Positions 39,601-45,910 of a stretch of 64,000 nucleotides of DNA are shown here, one piece after another. Every line of letters begins with the position of its first letter. Positions within the stretch are counted from its first letter, which is position 1. The position numbers were made by a program, and so were the translations under genes. The notes below the pieces were generated by a model. The model made no database searches, was not told where the DNA came from, and saw nothing but the letters and a program-made list of their open reading frames with translations. Source of the stretch: Candidatus Doudnabacteria bacterium RIFCSPHIGHO2_12_FULL_48_16 (lineage in GTDB: Bacteria > Patescibacteriota > Doudnabacteria > UBA920 > O2-02-FULL-48-8). Location of the stretch: the NCBI GenBank assembly GCA_001780035.1, contig MFEY01000004.1, positions 81,405 to 145,404 on the forward strand. Reading direction: 5' to 3'.

Positions 39601-39759
39601 GGGCTGCGGCGGATCGTCTTCCTGGCAGGTATCGGTAAAATCCTGGTTCGGCGGCGGGCAATCGCCAGCAGCGTGAACCCGATGCGGGCTGATCAAATAA
39701 ACGCCGACCAGAAGCGGAATTAAAAATAATAAAACTTTAGTTGAATTGTTGAGCTTCAT
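36637..39759 (-). CDS. secreted surface protein, paralog of 34484-36634 (Ig-like repeats, three QDD..WY domains, fibronectin-like modules)
   Basis: Signal peptide. Repeated SWSSTNASSCTV...YTVNCTG modules. QGGAGAVWYPG and GGQDDLIWYEG domains. Confidence 0.5.
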   Translation of the reverse strand: MKLNNSTKVLLFLIPLLVGVYLISPHRVHAAGDCPPPNQDFTDTCQEDDPPQPDPEGSDGTTKTVTTGLSSDGRNDPVTALFLSVFPGNWGQVYQIDWQILQNDNPSPGIEFCVNNTSAWGDGFCNTVQTYEGSPGDDTGSPSIVTGGIDSLDYTYYSHLVVRLKVHQTFFNENDVQVKWTMHRREFTSLDSSSLLTPSIATGVSPQFSWTTTGTVPSRQMFMEGPNGIGGFWDDSDGMPEDTESWSLPIALNTPGTYIFSLRVAGPARMGGEDFRTWDTIVTVQSSGGSPPGAFSLTNLSCFNWPNPEVEVNSSQSSGAVTYTLERRQGSGSWAVVASNLTYAELDQYADSVSKNQTYEYHIIASNPSGSTTSSNTLSISATQANCGGPPPVAPTASISANPNPVDNNTASTVSWSSTNASSCTVAQTGWTGTSGSQSTGNLTAASTYTVNCTGAGGSASDSVTVDVNSAPPPPTAPTCTSATPDEDSVYTTAPTRRTYANGVVNATNVWFPTFTDAQGGAGAVWYPGAILSGNEWYVDIPVSGNLPASHVNVHVYMTNANFSNQWCDSANFNVTVPPAGPTVWIKANGQPTSITISNNTAADITWGSANVTSCSVSPGGWTGTSGSNSTGNLTATTTYTVNCDNGAATASVTVNVNAPSGMTCTSATPDSDSISTAQSTRRTFANGVSGNTGMVYFPAWTDTGGQDDLIWYEGNILSGNQWYYDIPMSAHPGTGGVNVHVYLWNGSAGFVWCDSANFTVTASASLVFGITYTALTLNEPTGVSVSNIPCQTITTTWSYSNNGVENGFYVYRSIDGATWGSPISGLLGTGVRSYQDTPPQTNVRYYYRVSAHRGVVIDPLEAYSGSANAMNVACVANLSSSSKALIRVNGAAYSGTTVIKDGDTLTYQITIVNDGPANATVNYICDNASGNLTDIRNLSVSGSGSASSGISQNNAACLAGGNSGLRFNVSGIKNIANNWLVTFDATFTASASSGSQEIVTNCGVVYYTDSEARSKIACAPTIIVNKNKGQVPSFREVAP

Positions 39760-39777
39760 TATTGAGCTATATAAACT

Positions 39778-40275
39778 TTATAATGCCTGGAACGATTCCA
39801 AGAAATTTTCCACGCTCTGATCCATCTTGGCCGGCTGGCCGGGCGAGATTTCAAAAATTATTTTGCGGCCATCAGGCGCTTGCCACAGCAAATCGGTAAA
39901 CGTTACGGTCGAAGCGGCTCGCCCCTCCATGGCCGGCACTTGCCTTTCGATATCGACGCGGATCATGGTTTTGCCGCCAACTGTTATCTGACGGCCTTTA
40001 TCAAGACCCAAAGCCTCAATGATACTTTCGGGGTATTCGATTTTCACCAAAATGCTGGGTTTCGATGAATCCGCGGCATTTTCGCTAACCCGAACATAAC
40101 CTTGGGACGGCGAAGCGAGCCAGGTTTCCGGCTTCTCAAAACTGACTTTATTGGTCTGATCTATGTAAGGCTGATAAACCAGCGGAGCGGGACTTTGATT
40201 GCGTAAATAGAAAAAAGCCCCTGCTACAAGGACTAAAATTACAATTATGGAGATAACTGTGACCTTTAGTTTCAC
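39778..40275 (-). CDS. membrane-anchored hypothetical protein (GTG start)
   Basis: The promoter at 40309-40337 lies inside the longer ORF. The first in-frame start after it is GTG, giving MKLKVTVISIIVILVLVAGAFFY. Confidence 0.4.
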   Translation of the reverse strand: MKLKVTVISIIVILVLVAGAFFYLRNQSPAPLVYQPYIDQTNKVSFEKPETWLASPSQGYVRVSENAADSSKPSILVKIEYPESIIEALGLDKGRQITVGGKTMIRVDIERQVPAMEGRAASTVTFTDLLWQAPDGRKIIFEISPGQPAKMDQSVENFLESFQAL

Positions 40276-40308
40276 TTTTGTTTCGATCGTCTTTCTGAAT
40301 TTGAATAT

Positions 40309-40337
40309 ATTATAGCATATATTCGACAAGTGCGCAA
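40309..40337 (-). promoter_or_regulatory. sigma-70 promoter TTGCGC-17-TGcTATAAT
   Basis: This is a paralog of the promoter at 28951-28979. Confidence 0.45.
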
Positions 40338-40378
40338 CTCTTTGAAAGCGTGGGGCGTTGAGCGTACAGCAGAGAGGT

Positions 40379-40699
40379 TTATTTATCCTTAAGCTTTGAA
40401 ATCATGACGTAAAGCATTCTCTGTATTTCATCTAAAAGCGCTTCAGCTTTGGAATAATCGATATCCGTATATTGTTGCTTACAAATAATAAGCTGGGTCT
40501 CGAGTTCAGCAGCTGATGAAATGGCAATCGCTAAAAATTGTATAAATTCTGCTCTATGATTTCTCCTATAGCCTTCTGCAATGTTCGAAGGAATTATAAC
40601 GGCAGCCCGCTGCATTTGCGAGGATAGACCATAAATTTCATTGACCAATTCAATTGATTTTTGCCAAACAATGAGTTCTTTGTACGAATTTAGTTTCAT
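40379..40699 (-). CDS. four-helix-bundle protein (23S rRNA-IVS / Avd-like family). Paralog of 29030-29383 with an internal deletion of about 9 aa.
   Basis: MKLNSYKELIVWQKSIELVNEIY...QMQRAAVIIPSNIAEGYRRNHRAEFIQFLAIAISSAAELETQ. The start was moved to an internal Met (MKLNSYKEL) by homology with 29030-29383. Confidence 0.65.
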   Translation of the reverse strand: MKLNSYKELIVWQKSIELVNEIYGLSSQMQRAAVIIPSNIAEGYRRNHRAEFIQFLAIAISSAAELETQLIICKQQYTDIDYSKAEALLDEIQRMLYVMISKLKDK

Positions 40700-40812
40700 A
40701 AATATTTTAGTTATTTTTCTCAACGCTCTACGCTTGGCAATAAAAAACAGGGAGCGACGCTTGTGCATCACTCCCCGCAAACAGACGAAGGTGGCCTGAC
40801 CGCAAGATCAGA

Positions 40813-41292
40813 TCACTGAACGATCAGCGTCGGCGACTGGCGAGAATCCGCGCCGTAGGCGTCGCTGATCTGCGCCATCGGGGTGTATACGCCGGTCTTC
40901 TTCGCCACGAAGTCGGTGAGCATGTTGGCGTTGAAGCTTGCTTGCACAGGGCTGTCCGGGCGGCTGATCTCGGCAACGACGTTGCCGGCCGGATCAAAGA
41001 CCTTGAGGCTCCGATTCACGTTGCGGTCCGTGTTGACCGTGGCTATCATGACAACCCGGATATTCGAACCCATGGGCACGGGTCCGGTCACGAGTGGGCC
41101 GCGCGGATCCCCGAGTCCCGTCGGCGCGTAGTGGAACTCGATGCCGGTGATGACGGGGGCCGTGGGCGTAGTTCCCACCGGCGGCGGATCCGGCTGAGTC
41201 GGGCTCCGCTTTCCGCAGGCGGCGAGGGCGCTGAGCATCAAGCACAGCGCCAAGATCACGACGACGTTCGACGCGGCGTTGCGCTTGGTCAT
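40813..41292 (-). CDS. lipoprotein (GC-rich island gene 1)
   Basis: Lipobox LSALAAC. Strong SD GGGAGG sits 7 nt before the ATG. GC is high. Confidence 0.5.
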   Translation of the reverse strand: MTKRNAASNVVVILALCLMLSALAACGKRSPTQPDPPPVGTTPTAPVITGIEFHYAPTGLGDPRGPLVTGPVPMGSNIRVVMIATVNTDRNVNRSLKVFDPAGNVVAEISRPDSPVQASFNANMLTDFVAKKTGVYTPMAQISDAYGADSRQSPTLIVQ

Positions 41293-41402
41293 TACATCCT
41301 CCCTTTGGATGTGTGAAGGCCCTTGTGGGGCCGGTTGTGTGCTAGTGGTTCTATCGTAACTGGGAATTATACACCTGAACAGGGATTTTGTCAAGTGGAA
41401 AA

Positions 41403-41438
41403 GTCAAAAAAACGGCTGTGGTTAGCCGTTTTTTTGAC
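41403..41438 (-). terminator. Rho-independent terminator (bidirectional)
   Basis: GTCAAAAAAACGGCT-gtggtt-AGCCGTTTTTTTGAC. Confidence 0.65.
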
Positions 41439-41529
41439 TTTATATAATCTTTAAATAAGCATAAAAACAGGGGTTTCCCAGAACTCTCTGGAAAACCCCG
41501 TATAACGAGCACCTGCCACAGGTCGCCGA

Positions 41530-42399
41530 CTACCGTTGCAGCGTCGTGGTAGCGGCTGCTAGTACCGATTCCAATTCAGCGGCGAACTGAGCCGTGAGAT
41601 CGCCCTTGCTGTCCCCGTCTTCCACCCAGGGCTTCTTGTTGATGCCGCCCTCGTGTTTGCGCTGGAAGACCCGAACGCGAACAGTAGCAGCGCCGTTGTT
41701 ATCGATGACCTGGACCACGGCCCTGTCTTCACAGCGATTGCCGATGCCGCAGCGTCGATTGTGACCCCACTCGGTCGAAATCCGATCGCCCTCGATCTTG
41801 TAGTCGGCGTTGCGGCTTTCGAAAAACGTTTTCAACGTTTTCGTTACCGCGATAGGCGCCAGCGTTGTCGGAATTACTGCCGGCTCGCCGTCCTTCAACT
41901 TCTTGCCGTCAACGGTGCTGCTGTCCTTCTTACCGCCGACGAGCCCCGCCAGTCCAAACATCGGAAACTTGCGGCCGCGGGAGGCGGGTTTCTGGTCAGG
42001 AGCCTCCGGGGTAATCGTTGGAGCGGTCGGAACGGTGGTGGCCACAACTGGCGTCGCGTTCACTGGTGCGGGTTCGGGCGAATACGGTTTGCCCAAGACG
42101 GCGGCAATGACTCGGCCCGAAAGCTTGACGGCCTTGAGCGCGATGAGGCCGTCGGCCGAAGTATCAAACGATTTATTCGACGCCGCCTCGATCGCGTTCA
42201 CGATCTCTTGTTCGGTGAACCCGGCGGCGTGCAGTTTGAGCACGTCTTCGTTCGTGAATGGTCTTGGCTTCGCCGATTCGGCAGGAGCCGGTGCTTGTGT
42301 CGCGGCCGCGGGCTTGGGCTTGGCCTTGGTAGCCTGCGCCCAGACCACGCTTCCCGACAGGACGAAACAGATTGCCGCGACAAACAGACGACTTCTCAT
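41530..42399 (-). CDS. secreted protein (GC-rich island gene 2)
   Basis: Signal peptide LFVAAICFVLSGSVVWAQA. SD GGAGG sits 5 nt before the ATG (MRSRLF...). Confidence 0.45.
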   Translation of the reverse strand: MRSRLFVAAICFVLSGSVVWAQATKAKPKPAAATQAPAPAESAKPRPFTNEDVLKLHAAGFTEQEIVNAIEAASNKSFDTSADGLIALKAVKLSGRVIAAVLGKPYSPEPAPVNATPVVATTVPTAPTITPEAPDQKPASRGRKFPMFGLAGLVGGKKDSSTVDGKKLKDGEPAVIPTTLAPIAVTKTLKTFFESRNADYKIEGDRISTEWGHNRRCGIGNRCEDRAVVQVIDNNGAATVRVRVFQRKHEGGINKKPWVEDGDSKGDLTAQFAAELESVLAAATTTLQR

Positions 42400-42556
42400 A
42401 ATTTCCTCCATCAAGTTGTGATCAATTCAGTAGCCTAATTGTAGTCCAAACCCAATTTAAAATCAAAACGCCAAACTACGGGAATAGCTTGGCTACAGTG
42501 ATAAAAAACGAGGGGTTCTCCGGAAAATGAATCCCGAAAAACCCCTAGCGACCGCT

Positions 42557-43219
42557 TCACCTCGGCCAGTATACGACCTGGACTAAGCCCTTGTAGGCGC
42601 CTAGGGTGTCCAGGCCATACGCGGCGACCGTGACTGTGAGATGCCGCGACGGCGAAGCGGTTGCTCCGACGCCGAGACCGAAGATCGGCAGCCAGGAATG
42701 GCCTTCGAAAATTTCGACCACGCTCTCGGAAGATATGGGCGGTCCATCGTATCGCCGGGTTCCGGGCGCGGGCTGGAACTTGGCGACTGAACCGCTGACC
42801 TTCCCGACCCCGCCGTGAACTGTAAGCATGGGCGCCACCGGCCACTTGGTCGGGCCGAAGCGGAACTGCCTCTCGACCTTGAGACCGCGAATCGCGACGT
42901 TGTCCGTGACAAAGCGGTAGAAGCCGTCGTTGGCCGAGCTCCCGTCTTTTATTCGGATCTGCGTGAACGTAATCCGGATCATGGAATGACCCGGGCGGCC
43001 GCGCGCCGCGCCGACATCGAATGTCCGGCCGGTCATGTCGAGCTCCAGCCCGATCTTCTCCATGAACGTGGACAGCGGCCCGCTGTCGAGCTTGCCGAGT
43101 GTCCCGCCCGCCGTCGGCGCCCATTGCGAGTCCTCTTTGGATTGCGCCGCGACCGGTGAAGCGGCACAGAGGGCCGCCAGACCAACCACCATCGCCACCA
43201 TCAGTCGTAACCGTGTCAT
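42557..43219 (-). CDS. secreted protein (GC-rich island gene 3)
   Basis: Signal peptide MVAMVVGLAALCAASPVAAQ. SD AGGAGG sits 6 nt before the ATG. Confidence 0.45.
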   Translation of the reverse strand: MTRLRLMVAMVVGLAALCAASPVAAQSKEDSQWAPTAGGTLGKLDSGPLSTFMEKIGLELDMTGRTFDVGAARGRPGHSMIRITFTQIRIKDGSSANDGFYRFVTDNVAIRGLKVERQFRFGPTKWPVAPMLTVHGGVGKVSGSVAKFQPAPGTRRYDGPPISSESVVEIFEGHSWLPIFGLGVGATASPSRHLTVTVAAYGLDTLGAYKGLVQVVYWPR

Positions 43220-43402
43220 GTTGATCCTCCTCAGAATCTGACGTGTTGATTGCCGTGATTGCCTCGCATCATAACTCAAGCAAAGCCCCGCAGTCAAGGC
43301 CGCGGGGCTTTATAAAAACTCTAGAATTATTTGATCTTGCCCTACTCGCCGATGCGGCCGGAGACGCCATCTAAAACCTTAAGTTTTTTTAGACCATATT
43401 TC

Positions 43403-45172
43403 CTACTGCACCGTCGTGCCCTTATTGTTGAGCGTATCGTCGTCAATTGACGCTGTATCCACCACCGCAATTGGGACGGTTTGCAAGGCTTGCCCCACAA
43501 ACGCATCAGTACCGGTGGCCGCAATGTCTTTGAGCAGAATCATGGGCTTGTTGCGGTCCGAGTCGGTCGGCGTAACTTCGATCTGGAATGTAACTTTGGC
43601 CGCGGGCGAAAACTTGCCGGTGAATGCCGGCACGGTTCCGAGGAGCCAGCGAATCTTGCCGGAATTGGAATCATAAACCAAGCGGCTCTTTTCCGAATCT
43701 GGCACGATGACATTTTTCCAAGCGGAGGGCGCTAGGGGCATAGAGGCCACAACCTGGGTATCGGTGGAATCGTTGGAGGAATTGGACAGCAGGAACGTCA
43801 CAGCGAACAGGGTCGGCTTGCCGACTTCCATGGGCGCGCTACCGGAAACAAAATCCCCCTGCACCTGCAGATCAAGGCTGGAGATGAGTTTCAAAGATGA
43901 GGCCAGAGCCTTGGTCGGCTTACTCGCTTCGTCGGAGCTGATGCTGGCGGAAACCGCGACCGACTGGTTTTTGAGATTGCTGCCGATGGTCGATCTAAGC
44001 GGCACGCTGAACCGCAGCCGGCCGGCTTCGTTCGGCGACAGGATCGACAGACCGGGACTGGTCGCGGCTTTCCAGGTGATCGTATGATTGGTGATGATGG
44101 CGTCGGAGGCGACAATCCGGGCATAATCAATGGCCGGGCTTTCCAGCTGAACCGCAATCACCAGATTGTTGAGACCGATGTTGCCCTTGTTGGAATAATC
44201 AAGATCGTAATTGATCGTCTCGCCGAGCCGGACAAAATCTTTGTGATCGGCGCTCACGCTAAGGGATAGCGCGGCCGGGACAATCCGGAACGTGGCCGTG
44301 GCCGTAATCTGCGGCGCAAAGTTGTTATTGATGATCTGGCCCAGCCAGGCCGTGACCAGCTGTTGTGAATTGGCGTCCCCGGTAAAGCTGCCCGTGATAT
44401 CGAGGCTGGCGGAACTGTTGGTTAGGAGCTTGGGCAATTTCCAAAAATTGTTGCCACGCGACGGGGGTTGCTCACTGGAGCTGAAGATATAACCGGGCGG
44501 GTAGCTTAATTCCACGGCCAGATTGTCGAAATCCTGAGGCGTGACATTGGTAAAGGTCACGGAAAAAGTCGTGTCCTGTCCGCCGATGACATCGACCGGG
44601 CCCGCAATGTCCATGGTCAGATCCGGCGGCAGGATGTTGGTGTGGATGGATTCCTCGATGACAAAAATCGAATTGAAATTGGACAGCTTGTATTGCAGCC
44701 TGGCTTTGATTTGCTTGTCCTCGCCGGTCGAGCCGGATAATTTGCCGCGCACCACGACCGCGCTGTCCTGGCCGGCCGGCACCGGCGGGAGATTAAAGCT
44801 CGATCCCCCGGCCATGGTCGGCATGGGCGTGGCGGATTTAAACGTCCAACCCGAGGGATAAAAAATTTCCAGCGTCAGCCCGACCAAGTCGGCGTTCTCA
44901 CCGTTGCGGTAAGTGATCGTATATTCCGCTTCGTTGTTGGAGGTAATCTGCGACGGGCCCTTGATCAGGAGCAAAACGTTGCTGGACTTGGGCGCAATGC
45001 TGTTGTTGCCCGACAGGAAATACCAAAAAATTCCGGCGATCAGAAGAAGGGCCGCGGCGGCGGCGATCCAGACCGTGTTTTTTTTGAACCAATGCCGAAA
45101 CCCCCTGTCCGGGTTATTATACTCAACCGGAATCTCGCTGCGGGTTTTATCGTCTAAAATTTGATCTTCCAT
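43403..45172 (-). CDS. membrane-anchored surface protein with DUF11/CARDB-like repeat domains
   Basis: N-terminal TM helix (VWIAAAAALLLIAGIFWYFL) followed by repeated beta-sandwich-like modules. Confidence 0.4.
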   Translation of the reverse strand: MEDQILDDKTRSEIPVEYNNPDRGFRHWFKKNTVWIAAAAALLLIAGIFWYFLSGNNSIAPKSSNVLLLIKGPSQITSNNEAEYTITYRNGENADLVGLTLEIFYPSGWTFKSATPMPTMAGGSSFNLPPVPAGQDSAVVVRGKLSGSTGEDKQIKARLQYKLSNFNSIFVIEESIHTNILPPDLTMDIAGPVDVIGGQDTTFSVTFTNVTPQDFDNLAVELSYPPGYIFSSSEQPPSRGNNFWKLPKLLTNSSASLDITGSFTGDANSQQLVTAWLGQIINNNFAPQITATATFRIVPAALSLSVSADHKDFVRLGETINYDLDYSNKGNIGLNNLVIAVQLESPAIDYARIVASDAIITNHTITWKAATSPGLSILSPNEAGRLRFSVPLRSTIGSNLKNQSVAVSASISSDEASKPTKALASSLKLISSLDLQVQGDFVSGSAPMEVGKPTLFAVTFLLSNSSNDSTDTQVVASMPLAPSAWKNVIVPDSEKSRLVYDSNSGKIRWLLGTVPAFTGKFSPAAKVTFQIEVTPTDSDRNKPMILLKDIAATGTDAFVGQALQTVPIAVVDTASIDDDTLNNKGTTVQ

Positions 45173-45190
45173 ATGATTTTCTTTTTAGAT

Positions 45191-45230
45191 CTCCCCTCCC
45201 CTGACGAGGGGAGGGGGTCGGGGGTGGGGT
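45191..45230. repeat. GC-rich hairpin element (family C-like)
   Basis: CTCCCCTCCCCT-gac-GAGGGGAGGGGG followed by TCGGGGGTGGGGT. Confidence 0.55.
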
Positions 45231-45234
45231 CAAT

Positions 45235-45783
45235 TTAATTTATAATAAGCATAAACTCTTCGGATTTCAGATGGCGGTCCAGAATCGATTCCACGAAATC
45301 CACTACCGCGCTGTGGGACTGGGCCTGCTTAGGCGAACCAAAGCCCAAATCTTGAGCCAGGTTCAGCGCAAAGTTGTCGATCAGATCATGGCCGTGGATC
45401 TGTTCCGCCTTATCCAGCTCCTGCAGGAAATTTTTCAACAGCTCAAAGGCCTGCTCGTTGGGATGCTCATCCGCGGTCATCTTGAGCATCAGCTCCGCGG
45501 CATAGAACGCCACCGCCGCTTTTTTTAGATCTTCGCGCAGGCTGCCGAACTGCCGGATGGATTTGACGCCAATCAGAGTTGCCAGGCCGTGATGGCCGGC
45601 TAGGTCAATCTCGCAAATCCCCAAGTCGGCCAAGCAAAAATTTAGTTTGCTTTTAAGCAGACGCACGCCGCGCGCTAGGGCCCGCACTTTGCCCGCCTGT
45701 TTGGTCCAGAGCGTTAAAATTTGATCCGCCTCGCGGTAATTTTGTTTTTTTAAAATAATGCCTGTTAGTTTTTTGTATTTCAT
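45235..45783 (-). CDS. recO: DNA repair protein RecO (short form)
   Basis: N-terminal OB-fold pattern GIILKKQNYREADQILTLWTKQAGKVRALARG. Confidence 0.55.
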   Translation of the reverse strand: MKYKKLTGIILKKQNYREADQILTLWTKQAGKVRALARGVRLLKSKLNFCLADLGICEIDLAGHHGLATLIGVKSIRQFGSLREDLKKAAVAFYAAELMLKMTADEHPNEQAFELLKNFLQELDKAEQIHGHDLIDNFALNLAQDLGFGSPKQAQSHSAVVDFVESILDRHLKSEEFMLIIN

Positions 45784-45790
45784 AGTGTTA

Positions 45791-45903
45791 TTCCCCTCCC
45801 CTCCCCTCCCAGGGGAGGGTGGCCGGAGGCCGGGTGGGGTAGTTTATATAAGCTACCTCTCTGTCGCTTCGCGACATCTCTCCTGAAAGGAGAGATGAAC
45901 TGC
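45791..45903. repeat. composite hairpin element: family C tail followed by family B head
   Basis: CCCCTCCCAGGGGAGGGTGGCCGGAGGCCGGGTGGGGTAGTTTAT followed by TATAAGCTACCTCTCTGTCGCTTCGCGACATCTCTCCTGAAAGGAGAGATGAACTGC. Confidence 0.6.
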
Positions 45904-45910
45904 CACTAAA

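Noticed and set aside
41653-43159. Several long plus-strand or overlapping ORFs (261, 203, 229 and 114 aa) in the GC-rich island
   Set aside because: High-GC DNA gives long stop-free antisense frames. The translations are Arg/Pro-rich without motifs. The opposite-strand genes have signal peptides and SD sites.
43283-43312. Terminator hairpin AAAGCCCCGCagtcaaggccGCGGGGCTTT
   Set aside because: On the minus strand, which is the transcribed strand here, the U-tract precedes rather than follows the stem. On the plus strand there is no gene to terminate. It may simply mark the GC-island boundary.
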